From an uncultured Gammaproteobacteria bacterium (lineage in GTDB: Bacteria > Pseudomonadota > Gammaproteobacteria > CAWCPV01): a stretch of 64,000 bases of DNA. Of this stretch, positions 1 to 11,884 are shown piece after piece. The notes beneath the pieces are model-generated. The model was given only the letters and a program-made list of their open reading frames with translations. It was not told where the DNA came from and did no database searches. Position 1 is the stretch's first letter, and every line of letters begins with the position of its first letter. Location of the stretch: positions 416,001-480,000 of the forward strand of contig CAWCPV010000003.1 of NCBI GenBank assembly GCA_963797555.1. The letters run 5' to 3'. The position numbers and the translations under genes were made by a program.

Positions 1-391
1 ATCGACAAGTTCACCAGCAGTGACCCCGCCCGGGCCGTCACCCTGTACGAGACGTTCCTCGCCGGCTGCTACGCCAAGATAGAAGGAGCTGGACGATTCG
101 AGCGGCAGCTTCGGGCAGTTCGTCGGCGATCTGTACTGCGGCTGGATCAAGGCCCGCCAGGCAGACGGGGCCAATCCAGACGAAACCGCGTCCCGCTTGC
201 TCGCCTGGATGGATGATGACCCCTACGGCTTTTGCTACCGCCTCGAAAAAGACGCTGCCAAGGTCCTCGACAAGGCCGGCCTCGCCGCGTTCGTGAAGCA
301 GGTCCGAGGGAGATTGGACGGTGCGGCGAAGGCGACACCCGTGCGGCCAGACCGGGGTCAGGTCCCGCCTTATAGCATCTGCGAAAAATGA
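1..391 (+). pseudogene. Fragment of a hypothetical protein (possibly DUF6880-like), open at the window start and truncated near 350
   Basis: Reads IDKFTSSDPARAVTLYETFLAGCYAK, then after a frameshift near 85 LDDSSGSFGQF...LLAWMDDDPYGFCYRLEKDAAK. Runs into the GGGGTC element and intron end. Family label is from memory only. Confidence 0.4.
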
Positions 392-764
392 ATCGGGGAG
401 TAAGCCGGTTCCTTGCCGACGGTTAGGCTGAAGTTTGTGTTCTCTGTTTGCCGCCTGGTTTCCCGGCGGTGCCACGGTATCTCGGCCATGCGTCGATTCG
501 TCCCCGGCTCCTCGCAGAACCGGACTTTGGAGTGTTACACCATCCGGCTCCCAGTTTGGGTCTTCCACAGAGACATGGGATAGAGGTCTTCCTCATCCCA
601 TCGACTCCGGGCGCCTTCCTTCCGTCTTGACGCTCGAAGGTCTCGCGCAACCCTTCCGGGTCGTACACCATCCCCATCAGGGCGTTGAACTGTCTGACGT
701 CAATTACTCTGTCCGGTTGACGACAACTAGAATGGCCGCTCTGTAGTGTAGGCGGTAGTTGTCG

Positions 765-1529
765 TCAGCTCTTGTTCGATACCTCCTGGTTGCGGGTTGC
801 TTGGCGCTTTCGGTAGCTCTGCCCGTTGAGCTCGATGATGTGGGCATGGTGGACGAGCCGGTCGATGGCGGCGACGGCCATCATGTTGTCGGGGAAGATC
901 GCATCCCACTCGCTGAAGGGGTGGTTGCTGGTGATCAGGAGACTGCCGCTCTCGTAGCGGTGGGCGATGAGCTCGAAGAGCACGGAGCTTTCCATCTCGG
1001 TGCGCTTGACGTAGCCGATGTCATCGAGGACGAGCAGCGGGTACTTGTCGAGCTTGGCGAGCGCATCGCTGAGCCTGAGGGCCTGTTTGGCGGTTTGAAG
1101 CTCCTGGACGAGGCTGGTTGCCGAGGCGAAACGCACCCGCACCCCTTGGCTGATGAGCCCGTGCCCAATGGCTGCGGCGAGATGGGTTTTGCCGACGCCG
1201 GAGGGCCCGAAGAGCAGGAGGTTGTCGGTGCGCTCGACCCAGGTGGCATCCTCGGCGAGCTGCACGATCTGCTGGCGGTTCAGCCCGGCGCTGGCCGTGA
1301 AGTCGAAGTGCTGGAGCGTCTTGCCCGCGGGCAGGCGGGCATCGTTGAGGTGGCGCTCCAGGCGCCGCCGCTCGCGTTCGGCGAGCTCGTGCTCGCAGAG
1401 CGCGGCGAGATAGTCGGCGAGGCTCCAGTGGTGCTCGAGGGCCCGGGTTTGCAGCGGTTGATACAGCCGTGCCATGGTCGGCAGGCGCAGCTCCCTGAGC
1501 AGCAGGGGCAAGGTGGCGGCGTTAGCCAT
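765..1529 (-). CDS. istB: IS21 helper ATPase IstB
   Basis: Walker A GPSGVGKTHLA, LLVLDDIGY, ITSN, AAIDRLVHH; overlaps the istA stop. Confidence 0.95.
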   Translation of the reverse strand: MANAATLPLLLRELRLPTMARLYQPLQTRALEHHWSLADYLAALCEHELAERERRRLERHLNDARLPAGKTLQHFDFTASAGLNRQQIVQLAEDATWVERTDNLLLFGPSGVGKTHLAAAIGHGLISQGVRVRFASATSLVQELQTAKQALRLSDALAKLDKYPLLVLDDIGYVKRTEMESSVLFELIAHRYESGSLLITSNHPFSEWDAIFPDNMMAVAAIDRLVHHAHIIELNGQSYRKRQATRNQEVSNKS

Positions 1530-3051
1530 GGCACACCTCCTCGGCGGCACTGCGGTGGGTGGCGGGCAGGAGCGCGTCATAGTCGGCCAGCGGGTGCTGA
1601 GCAGTGGCGCCGAGAGGGAGCGTCGCGGGGGCTGGCGGTGCGAAGCGTTGTTGCAGGGCGCTGAGCGTGGGCGATAGGCCTCGCTCCAGGGCGGCCAGCC
1701 AGTGGGTCCCCAGGGCCTCCTGGCACTCGTGCTCGGCGGCGAGCTTGAGTGCGCCGACCATGCGCTTGCAGGCGTCGGCGGGCGCAAGGGTAGCGTCCAG
1801 ATGCTGCCAGATACGCTGATAGGTGGCATCCGGAAGCAGGGCGTCGCGGTACTGGAGCCGATAGAAGGCGCGGGGCTTCTTCACCAGCCATCCCACGAGA
1901 TGGCGATAGTCGATGCGGCTCGCCCGGCGCTTGCCCGGGGCCGGGTAGACCCGCGGGAGGATGAGCAGGGCCTCGGTGCCGAGGAACAGCTCCAGGCGGG
2001 CGTCATAGAGGTGCACCCGCAGGCGCTCGCCGATGAGCCGCGCGGGGACCGAGTAGACCACCAAGCGCACGGTGATGGTGCTGGCGGTGGTGACCTTCAC
2101 CCACAGCTCGGTGTAGTCGGCCGCGAAGGTCACCGGCAGGGGCCGCAGATGGGGGCGCTCGGCCTCGATGGCGGTGGCGTTACGCCGGTTGACGGCGGCG
2201 GTGACGGTGTCGAGAAAGTCCTGGTAGGACGCCACCGAGGGGAACTCGGCACTGCCCCGGGCCAGAAGGCGCTGCACGATACGGCGCTTCAAATGCCCGT
2301 GGGGTGACTCGATGCTGCCGTTCTCGTGGCAGGCCCCGGGGTTGTTGCGCGTCGGCCTCATCCCATAATGGGCGCAGAGCGCCGCGTAGCGCGCCGCAAG
2401 GTCGTGCTGGGCCTCAGCCGAGAGGTTCTTGAACGCCGCCGAGAGGCTGTCAGTGCGGTGCTCGGCCGGTGCACCGCCCAGGCGCAGCAGCGCCTGGCTG
2501 AGCCCCTCGGCGAGCGCCGTGAAGCTCTCCCCGCCCAGCACCACCCGCACCGTGCACCAGCCGCTGTAGGCCAGGCGGAAATGGTAGAGGCGGTGGGCGA
2601 GCGGCTCGCCGGCGATGGTGACGGTGACGTCCTTGAGCACGGTGAAATCCGACAAACCCCGCAGTCCCGGGACCTGCTGCTGTGGGAACATCACCTCCTT
2701 CTCGGGTCCATGCGCCGCCCGCCAGGCCTTCACCCGGCGCTGCAAGGTGCGCAATAGCTTGTCCGGGTACTGGCCCGGATGGCGCTCCTGGAGCCCTTCC
2801 AAGAGCGTCAGCGCGTGCAGTGCCGGGGTGTGCTCAAGCAGTGGGACCAGCTCGCTGTCCCACACGGTGTCAAAGGGGTCGCGGCGCGTTCGATACCGCC
2901 GCGCGCCCCGCGGTGCTCGACGCTCGTCCCGCTCGTCAAGACGGCGCGCCGTGCGCTCCGAGAAACCCGCCTTGGCGGCGGCGGTTACTTGGTTCTTACC
3001 TGCGGTTCTCTGTGACATATAGACCTTGACCTGTTGCGGTGTGACGGCCAT
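1522..3051 (-). CDS. istA: IS21 transposase IstA
   Basis: LRTLQRR, SDFT, HRTDSLSAAFKN, HENGSIES rve/DDE motifs. Confidence 0.95.
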   Translation of the reverse strand: MAVTPQQVKVYMSQRTAGKNQVTAAAKAGFSERTARRLDERDERRAPRGARRYRTRRDPFDTVWDSELVPLLEHTPALHALTLLEGLQERHPGQYPDKLLRTLQRRVKAWRAAHGPEKEVMFPQQQVPGLRGLSDFTVLKDVTVTIAGEPLAHRLYHFRLAYSGWCTVRVVLGGESFTALAEGLSQALLRLGGAPAEHRTDSLSAAFKNLSAEAQHDLAARYAALCAHYGMRPTRNNPGACHENGSIESPHGHLKRRIVQRLLARGSAEFPSVASYQDFLDTVTAAVNRRNATAIEAERPHLRPLPVTFAADYTELWVKVTTASTITVRLVVYSVPARLIGERLRVHLYDARLELFLGTEALLILPRVYPAPGKRRASRIDYRHLVGWLVKKPRAFYRLQYRDALLPDATYQRIWQHLDATLAPADACKRMVGALKLAAEHECQEALGTHWLAALERGLSPTLSALQQRFAPPAPATLPLGATAQHPLADYDALLPATHRSAAEEVCHG

Positions 3052-3669
3052 CCCTCCCCCCGAAGCATCGGATGTCAGAACGCCGCCAGTGTGGCCGATC
3101 AACCGGACAAAGTAGTTGTCGCCAACCGGTCAACGTAATTGTCGCTCTATAGTTGAACCGCATCCGCGGCGCCTCGCGCGCCTTCTGTGTGAAACGCTCA
3201 AGTCGTGTGCTCACGGTCAGAATCCTCTCAGCGTAGGGCCGTGTTTCCCTCTCGCGTTATCTCAAACCGCCACCCCTTCGCTCCGCCCGCATTACCAGAC
3301 CTCGGCACTACTATGGGTGGCTCCGACTTCCGAACGCCTCCGCCCGTGTCCTCACTTCTTACACTTGTTCACGGGTGCCCACTCCCTGTGGACCGACGCC
3401 CGGACCTCCTCGGTTACCGCCTACTCGCGATGTCAGGCTCGACGCGGCCTCGGACCCCGGGGAGTACCCGCACCACTCGCCATCGCGCAGCGGGGGTTGT
3501 TGCCTGCCGGTTGGACAAGCCTGTCGGCGCTCTCCTGCTGAATTCTTCGGGGCTCTACACCTTCAAGGTCGGCTTCACCCGTTACCCTTGCACCTCCCCT
3601 GCTTTCGTTGCCTACGCATCTACCCGCCTGTTACCAGGTGAGCAGCAAGGCTCGATACTGGGCTCGTGG

Positions 3670-4756
3670 CTAGTGTAGTGCTTCATTCTGTTTAGAACTT
3701 AAACGTGCGTTGGCGCGGATGACCTTCTGCAGGATGTCCTTAGCCTTGGCGGTCCAGATGAAGGGTTTGGGATTGGCGTTGTGGGCATCGACATAGCGGT
3801 TGATGGCATGGATCAACTCGGGGACGCTTCGAAACACGCCACGGCGCAACCGATCCACAGTCAGGTCGCGGAAGAATCGCTCGACCATGTTCAACCAGGA
3901 TGCTGAGGTGGGCGTGAAATGGATGTGGAAACGCGGGTGTTTTCCCAGCCATTTCTGAACGTTGGGATGTTTGTGGGTGGCGTAGTTGTCGCAGACCAAG
4001 TGCAGTTCCTTGTCCTTGGGCGTCTCGCGGTCGATTTGGCGCAGGAAGGTGAGCCACTCCGTGTGGCGATGGTGCGGCTCGCAGCGGGCAATCACGGAAC
4101 CCTCCAAGGTGTTCAGGGCAGCAAACAGTGTCGTGGTGCCATGGCGCTTGTAGTCATGGGTCATGGTCGCAGCCCGCCCCTTCTTCAGCGGCAGGCCAGG
4201 TTGGGTACGATCCAGCGCCTGAACCTGACTCTTCTCGTCGCAGCACAACACCAAAGCATGCTCCGGGGGGGGACAGATACAGCCCGACGATGTCCTCCAA
4301 CTTCTCGGTGAATTTCGGGTCGCGCGATACCTTGAAGGATTCGACACGATGCGGCTTCAGCCCATGGGCATGCCACACGCGCAGCACCGTGGTGTCGCTC
4401 ACTCCCATTTCCTTAGCCAGGGTCCGCGTACTCCACTGTGTCGCTGCTAAGGGCTGGGTCTGAGTCGTGCGTCGCACGATCTCGGCGGCATCCACCTTGG
4501 GCTGACGACCTCCGCGCGGCAGGTCACACTCGATGGCCGCCAGCCCGCCTTGCGCATAGCGCTCCCGCCAACGCCCAACCTGCACACGCCCAATCTTGAG
4601 TTCCGCCGCGATGGCCTTGTTCTCCATGCCCACCGCCGCCAACAGCACAATGCGCGCTCGGCGGGCCAGCCTCACACTCGTGGTGTTCGAACGCGACACA
4701 CGCCTCAGGCTCCGCTGTTCTTCCGCGCTCAGTCGGACCATCGGGGCTACTCGCAT
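3670..4756 (-). CDS. IS630 transposase, frameshifted at a G-run near 4265-4272
   Basis: N-terminal HTH part ([15 protein letters not shown]) and C-terminal DDE part ([36 protein letters not shown]) lie in two frames. Confidence 0.9.
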
Positions 4757-4836
4757 CAGTGCTCTCCTGTCTTGGCTTCATAGCCCTGGACAGCGATAGA
4801 TCATATATGTTCCGTTAATTACCAAGCACTACACTA
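3671..4836 (-). mobile_element. IS630-family insertion sequence
   Basis: Termini TAGTGTAGTGCTT (3671) and AAGCACTACACTA (ending 4836); TA duplicated within a CTAG target. Confidence 0.92.
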
Positions 4837-5363
4837 GCGATTACCCAGGTGGGCTTCACACCCACTAAAGTACGCAGCATTGCCAAGCCGCTGCCGACCC
4901 CCATCATCCTGGATCGCACGGTCGCCGTGGGGAGACGGGCGGGGCCGGTTGTCACGGTATGCGGGCACTGCGAGCTGGAGTACATGCCGAAATGTTGGAC
5001 GGAGCACGGCGCTGAGGTGCCGGAAATATTGCCGGGACCCGGAGCCGTGTGATCCGCGGGGACCGGCGAGGGAAGCCGTCCGAAGGTTGCGGGCGTTGCC
5101 TACGGAGACGTGGGTGGTACGTAACGACGTCGGCAACGATCCCGTTTGGCCTCACCGACGAATGCCATCCCAAGGTTTTTCAAAATGGCATCCTCGGGCT
5201 CCTCGATAAGTCGCTCTGCCGTTTCAGGGACACCTATGGCCTCCGTCGAGGGACGAATTCCCGTGAGCAGCCACCGTGTCGCCTCGGCCCAGGTCTGCCG
5301 ACTGCCCGTCGAGAGCGCGCGTCCGGACTAGCAGATGACCGGGAGGCGGCGCAGTAGGCGATA

Positions 5364-5803
5364 GTGGAGCGTTCCGTACTGCTCGCATTTGTGCTGGGCC
5401 TCGCCAGCACGCTGCACTGCCTCGGCATGTGCGGCAGCATCGTAGGCGCATTGACTCTGAGCCTTTCCCCGGAGATCAGGGCGCGCCGAACCGGTTTGTT
5501 GCTCTATGCGTTGGCATACAGTGCGGGCAGGGTCGGGACCTACGCCTTCGCCGGGGCGCTGGCGTGGAGCACGGCCGCGGGGGGGCGCCGGCCTGGGCAG
5601 TCTGTACATGCTCGCCTTCGGGCTGGGCACGCTACCGGCCGTCGTTGGGGCCGGCGTCCTCACCGGACACGTGACGCGCCTGCTAGCCAGGGGTCAGCTA
5701 CGGCAGGCTGTTGGGCTATTGGTCACCCTGGCCGCGGTGCTCAGCCTCGCGGCCGGCAACCTAGCCTCGAGACACTCAGGTGCGCATCTGGAGCACGGGG
5801 GCC

Positions 5804-5826
<23 letters not shown>
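5364..5826 (+). pseudogene. Sulfite exporter TauE/SafE (DsbD_2)-like membrane protein, internally deleted
   Basis: HCLGMCG and YSAGRVGTY N-terminus joins out of frame near 5580 to LYMLAFGLGTLP and a His-rich tail. The central GxLPCG segment is missing. Confidence 0.7.
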
Positions 5827-6760
<934 letters not shown>

Positions 6761-6971
6761 CCTGATGTCCGCGGAAACAGCCCGCAGGTCTCTCGTGGTT
6801 GACCCGTGAGCGCCTCCGGCGCCGCTGGTCCTCAGCCACTAACCCCGGCTCCGCAGTCTGGTGGCCGAGGCGAGGTCGCTGAAGCGCTGCACCGAACATC
6901 CGGCCGGTGTCTTACCGATGCCCGATGCTGTCCATCGCGTCTCGAGACCGCCGGATGGCGGTGTGACCATG

Positions 6972-8317
6972 CTAGGCGGGCTGCGGGAAGCGGACCTCTA
7001 CCAGAAGCCCCGGGTCTTCATCGCGGCCCCTTAGCTGGACATTCGCGCCGTGCAGCTCGGCGATGCGCTGGACGATGGATAGACCCAGTCCGCTACCGTC
7101 CGGGGCACCCCCGGCAACCCGATAGAAGCGCGCAAACACCCGCTCCCGTTCCTCAGGAGGAATGCCCGGGCCTGAATCCGCGACCGTAAAGCGGGCAGCG
7201 CCGGCCTCTGCCTCCACTTTGGCGAGCACACAACCACCGCGCGGCGTGTAGCGTATCGCATTCTCCACCAAGTTTCTCAGCAGGATGGCCAGGAGGTCGG
7301 CATTGCCACGCACGGGGAGGGGGCCCTCACCCTGCAGCTCCAGCTCCACGCCCTTGCCCAGTGCCGAGGGGGTCACCTCGGAAAGCACCGAGACGGCAAG
7401 ACGATGCAGGTCCGGCCTGGAGAAGACGAGGTCCGCCGCCTCTCGGTCGATACGTGCGAGTACGAGGAGCTGCCTCACCAGATGAACCGCCCGATTCACG
7501 CCTTGGAGCACCTGCTCGAGGGCCTTGCGACGCTCGGGATCCTTGGTGGCCCGCATCGCCACCTCCGCCTGGGTCTTTATCCCCGCGAGCGGCGTACGTA
7601 GCTCGTGGGCGGCATCCGCGGTAAACCGCCGCTGCTGCAAGTAGGCTGCGTCGAGCCGCTGGAAGAGATCGTTGAGGCCCTGCACCAAAGGCATTACCTC
7701 TCGCGGCACCTCCTCCGCAGGGATCGGATCGAGTCTGCGGTGGTCCCGCGCGGCAAGCTCCCGCGCCAGGCGATCGAGCGGTGCCAGCCCCCCGCCGATC
7801 CCGAGCCAGAGCAGCCCCACGAGAAGCGGGAGCGCCCACAGCAGCGGAGTCAAGACACGCACGATCATGCCGCCGACGGCGGCCTGCCTGTCCGCAGAGC
7901 ACTGAGCAACATCGATCGCGGTCCCCCTGCTCGGGGTCGGTGACGGCCAGGGTGCGCCATGTCACCCCCTCCCGCACCACATCGGCGTAACCCTATGGAG
8001 GCAGCCGGCAAGAGGGGGTAAAGAGGCGCTCCGTCGGTGCGCGCCAGCAGTCGGCCGTCTCGACTCCAGACCTGGACCGTCAGACACGGGTCGATGGCCG
8101 GGATGACGTTGCGCTCGAGGTGCTTCCGGTCATCCTCGTCGATCTCGTGCCGCGTCGAGACGACGAACTGCACCGCGAGCTGCGCCAACTGTGTATCCAG
8201 CAGCCTAGCGACCTCGCGTCGGGCATGATACTGGAGCAGGAAAACCGCCCCGCCCCAAACCGGCACCAGAACAGCCAGCAGCAGGGCGAGCAGGCGCCAC
8301 CGAATCGAGCGGCTCAA
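6972..8317 (-). CDS. Sensor histidine kinase, QseC/PmrB-like (frameshift near 7985)
   Basis: TM helix SIRWRLLALL, H-box DAAHELRTPL, N-box NLVENAIRY, G boxes DSGPG and GSGLGLSIV. TTG start overlaps the regulator stop. Confidence 0.85.
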
Positions 8318-8977
8318 GGCAGCGGCTCCACCATGTACCCGACGCCCCGAACGGTGCGCACCAGATCGAAGCCCAGCTTCTTGCGCAGGTTGTGAACGTG
8401 AACCTCGACGGCATTGCTCTCGACCTCCTCGCCCCAACCGTAGAGGATCTGCCCGAGGCGGTCCCGAGAAAGCACCTTACCGGAGTTCTCTAGGAGAGCG
8501 TGCAGTAGCGCGAACTCTTTGGGAGAGAGGAGCAGCGGCCTGTCCCCCACGACCACCGTGCGCCCCGCCGGGTCCAAGGCCAGCGGGCCATGCCGCAGCA
8601 GAGGCTCTGCCCGCCCGGTGTTGCGGCGGCGCAAGGCGCGCAGCCGCGCACACAGCTCCTCCAGCTCGAAAGGCTTGATCAGGTAGTCGTCGGCACCCGC
8701 GTCGAGGGCCCGCACGCGGTCCGGGACCTGATCGAGCGCCGTAAGCACGAGGACGGGTGTGCTATCGGACCGATGCCGCATCGCCATCAGGACGTTCGAA
8801 CCCAGAGCGGCGCGGCAACATCAGATCCAGCACCACCATCCCGTACTCCGCCAGCGACAGGGCGGCGTCGGCCGCTATCCCGTCCTGAACCCAATCGACC
8901 ACATAGCCAGCTTGGGTCAGGCCAGCGGCCAAGCCATCACCGAGCAGCACGTCATCCTCGACTAACAGAAGACGCAT
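8314..8977 (-). CDS. OmpR-family response regulator, QseB/PmrA-like (frameshift near 8800)
   Basis: MRLLLVEDD, VVLDLMLP, GADDYLIKPF, SNAVEVHVHNLRKK, RTVRGVGY. Confidence 0.88.
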
Positions 8978-9152
8978 GCCTGAGCCTCACCTGGGACACG
9001 CTGTATCGATAACCGGTGTGCACTAGGGCACTACCGCGCTCCTCTGTGATTTCCCGCGAGCCGCCGTCGGACACGTCTCCACGCAGACGCACTCCGCCCC
9101 CCTGCTGAGAGCTTCACTCTTGGGACGGTCGCCGCTCCAGTGCCGGCAGCCG

Positions 9153-10085
9153 TCAGGGAGTGTACCCAAAACTTTCCCTGAACCGCACCTCGAGCGCGGC
9201 CCGGTCGAAGCGGTGGTTCTGCGTTCCATGTTGCTCCACCTTGATGGTCCCCATCAAGGCGGCCAGACGGCCCGTCGTCTCCCAGTCCATGCCATGCATG
9301 AGTCCGTAAAGCAGTCCGGCCCGGTAGGCATCTCCGCAGCCGGTCGGATCGACCACGGCGCGTGGCTCGGCGGTAGGAATATCGACGCGCCGCTCGCCCG
9401 TGTAAATCGAGGAGCCCTTCGCCCCGCGGGTGATAATAAGCGCCTGAACCCGCTCGGCCAACTCGTGGGGGCTCTGTCCGGTGCGGCTGACGAGAAGCTG
9501 GGCCTCATAGTCGTTGAGCGTGACCCACGCCGCCTGTTCGACGAAACGCAGCAGCTCCCCGCCATCGAACATCGGCATGCCTTGGCCTGGATCGAAGATG
9601 AACGGGATACCCGATTCCGCCAACTGCTCGGCATGCTCTATCATGCCCCGCCGACCGTCCGGAGAAACGATGCCGATGGTGGCACCGCTCACGCTGTCCA
9701 CCCGGTTGAAGTGCGAGAACTCCATCGCCCCGGGATGGAATGCCGTGATCTGGTTGTCGTCCAGGTCGGTGGTGATAAAAGCCTGCGCCGTGAACGTGTT
9801 GTCCACCACGGTGATGTGCTGGGTCGGCAGTCCGCAGGACTCCATCCACTGAGCATAAGGGCCGAAATCGGTCCCTACGGTGCCCATGGGCAGGGCATTT
9901 GCTCCCAAAAGCTTGAGGGTGTAAGCGATGTTCCCCGCGCAGCCGCCGAACTCTCTGCGCATCTCCGATACGAGGAATGAAACGTTCAGGATATGGACCT
10001 GGTCCGGAAGGATGTGCTCCTTGAACCGGTCGTGGAATACCATGATGGTATCGTAGGCCAGAGATCCGCAGATGACCGCCGCCAT
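9153..10085 (-). CDS. PfkB-family carbohydrate/nucleoside kinase (adenosine kinase-like)
   Basis: GSLAYD, FGGCAGNIAY, DPTGCGDAYRAG PfkB signature. Confidence 0.88.
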   Translation of the reverse strand: MAAVICGSLAYDTIMVFHDRFKEHILPDQVHILNVSFLVSEMRREFGGCAGNIAYTLKLLGANALPMGTVGTDFGPYAQWMESCGLPTQHITVVDNTFTAQAFITTDLDDNQITAFHPGAMEFSHFNRVDSVSGATIGIVSPDGRRGMIEHAEQLAESGIPFIFDPGQGMPMFDGGELLRFVEQAAWVTLNDYEAQLLVSRTGQSPHELAERVQALIITRGAKGSSIYTGERRVDIPTAEPRAVVDPTGCGDAYRAGLLYGLMHGMDWETTGRLAALMGTIKVEQHGTQNHRFDRAALEVRFRESFGYTP

Positions 10086-10420
10086 AGTGTGGCTCCCTAC
10101 CCGCTCATGGTGGTATTCGCGACCCCGGACATGCAACCGGTTGCGGCGCCATGAGCGGTCCGTTCACCTCGGCACCCCCAGCCGCGGCGTTTTTCCACAG
10201 TGACGCTTCGGACGCGGCCGGCTGCTGTGCTCACCTGCCAGACGGCGCCGCACGGTCCGGCACCACGTCGCATGCCCGAGCGCTTGGCCGTGTGAGAGCT
10301 GATGAATCAACTCGTCGCTGCGGCCTGTGCGCGTCGCTGTCGGGCCGCTCGCCATGATCTTCCACAAGCTGTGAGCCCGGAGCCACGAATGTGCGGCCAT
10401 GTGGCCACCACGCAAGCCCG

Positions 10421-11875
10421 CTAGTCCCGGCCGCCGACCCACCTCACGTCCAGCTCACGCGCCGCCCGCACCTCGTCAAGTCGCCGTACCGGCTGGGTAT
10501 AGGGCGCCCCTTTCAGGCGCTCGGGCTCCGCCTCGGCCTCCTCCCTGATGCGCCGCATCGCCTCGACGAAGTCGTCCAACACCTCCTTGCTCTCCGTCTC
10601 GGTCGGCTCGATGAGCAGGCATTCCGGCACCAGGAGGGGAAAATAGGTGGTCGGAGCATGATGGCCGAAGTCCAGCAAGCGCTTGGCCACGTCCATCGCG
10701 GTCACCCCGTTGCGCTCCTTGAGCTGCTTGATCGTGACGATGAACTCGTGCACCGCCCGCCGACGCGGAAACGCCGGCTCGAACCCCACCCTCGTCAGCT
10801 CTGCCATGAGATAGTTGGCGTTCAAGGTGGCGAACTCGGCCACGCGGGCGATCCCGTCCCCACCCAGCATGCGCAGGTAAACATAGGCCCGCAGCAACAC
10901 GCCCACGTTCCCTGCGTGGGCGGACAAGCGCCCGATCGACTGCGGACAGTCATCTTCTGTGAGCCACCGATACTCGCTGCCGTCGTACGCCACCATCGGC
11001 ACAGGCAGGAACGGGAGCAGCCGGGCACTGGCACCCACCGGACCGGCACCCGGGCCGCCGCCGCCATGGGGCGTGGAGAAGGTCTTGTGAAGGTTCAGGT
11101 GCACGACATCGAAGCCCATATCGGCCGGCCGTACCTTGCCCAGGATGGCGTTGAGGTTAGCCCCGTCGTAATAAAGGAGGCCACCGCAGTCGTGCACGAT
11201 GCGAGCGATATCGACGATACGCCGCTCGAACACACCGAGCGTCGAGGGGTTGGTCAGCATAATCCCCGCCGTCTGCGCCCCCACTGCCAGCCTTAGGGCA
11301 GCGAGATCCACGTCGCCCTCCGAATCGGTCGGGACCTCGCGCACGGTATAGCCGCACATCGCCGCGGTGGCTGGATTGGTGCCGTGGGCCGCATCAGGCA
11401 CGATTATCTCCCTGCGTGCGGCGTCTCCCCGGGCATCATGGTAGGCGCGCATCATGGCCACACCCGCGAACTCGCCCTGCGCCCCCGCCATCGGGGTCAG
11501 GGAGACGGCACGCATGCCGGTCACTTCCTTGAGCATCTCCTGCAGCTCGTAGAGACAGGCCATCACGCCTTGCCCCATGGCTTCCGGCGCGGCGGGGTGC
11601 CGCCCCATGAAGCCGGGCAGCATTGCCAAACGGTTGCACCCCCGCGGGTTGTACTTCATCGTGCAGGAGCCCAAGGGGTAGAAGTGCGTATCGACCGAAA
11701 AGTTCTGCTGAGAGAGGCGTGTGTAGTGACGCACCACCTGCAGTTCGGACACCTCGGGGAGCGCGGGCGGCCGGTGGCGCAGCAGCCGCTCCGGAATGTC
11801 CGTCGCTTGCGGCACCTGTCGCGGCGACTGGGCGCAAGCGCGGCGTCCCGCTCGGGACTGCTCAAAGATCACCAT
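10421..11875 (-). CDS. gcvPB: Glycine dehydrogenase subunit 2
   Basis: [37 protein letters not shown] (PLP lysine), IEPTETES. Confidence 0.96.
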   Translation of the reverse strand: MVIFEQSRAGRRACAQSPRQVPQATDIPERLLRHRPPALPEVSELQVVRHYTRLSQQNFSVDTHFYPLGSCTMKYNPRGCNRLAMLPGFMGRHPAAPEAMGQGVMACLYELQEMLKEVTGMRAVSLTPMAGAQGEFAGVAMMRAYHDARGDAARREIIVPDAAHGTNPATAAMCGYTVREVPTDSEGDVDLAALRLAVGAQTAGIMLTNPSTLGVFERRIVDIARIVHDCGGLLYYDGANLNAILGKVRPADMGFDVVHLNLHKTFSTPHGGGGPGAGPVGASARLLPFLPVPMVAYDGSEYRWLTEDDCPQSIGRLSAHAGNVGVLLRAYVYLRMLGGDGIARVAEFATLNANYLMAELTRVGFEPAFPRRRAVHEFIVTIKQLKERNGVTAMDVAKRLLDFGHHAPTTYFPLLVPECLLIEPTETESKEVLDDFVEAMRRIREEAEAEPERLKGAPYTQPVRRLDEVRAARELDVRWVGGRD

Positions 11876-11884
11876 GCGCAGAGG

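Larger units (their letters stand above)
691..3151 (-). mobile_element. IS21-family insertion sequence
   Basis: Imperfect terminal IRs TGTCTGACGTCAATTACTCTGTCCGGTTGACGACAACTA / TATAGAGCGACAATTACGTTGACCGGTTGGCGACAACTA. 7-bp target duplication GTTGAAC at 684-690 and 3152-3158. Carries istA and istB. Confidence 0.95.
535..3214 (-). pseudogene. ltrA: Group II intron reverse transcriptase/maturase remnant
   Basis: MSTRLERFTQKAREAPRMRFN (3214-3152), then IS21, then ALMGMVYDPEGLRETFERQDGRKAPGVDGMRK (APGVDG RT0/1 motif). This is fused near 587 to the C-terminal LYPMSLWKTQTGSRMV* that runs into domain V. No YADD core. Confidence 0.85.
395..4894 (-). mobile_element. Group II intron with internally deleted RT ORF, interrupted by IS21 and IS630
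   Basis: Domain V on the - strand at 550-517 (GAGCCGGATGGTGTAACACTCCAAAGTCCGGTTC, AGC triad). Domain VI stem GAGGAGCCGG/CCGGCTT-A-CTC with bulged A at 401. RT N- and C-terminal remnants present. The 5' intron sequence is continuous across the IS630 insertion. Confidence 0.85.

Noticed and set aside
341-352. GTGCGG as the 5' end of a + strand group II intron
   Set aside because: Domains V/VI and the RT remnant are all on the - strand, and no + strand intron structure follows.
4261-4275. Programmed frameshift in the IS630 transposase
   Set aside because: The break is at a G/C homopolymer, not an A-rich slippery site, and the window has many similar indels.
4902-5360. Short ORFs right of the intron
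   Set aside because: No recognisable motifs, and they do not obviously continue the gene at 1-350.
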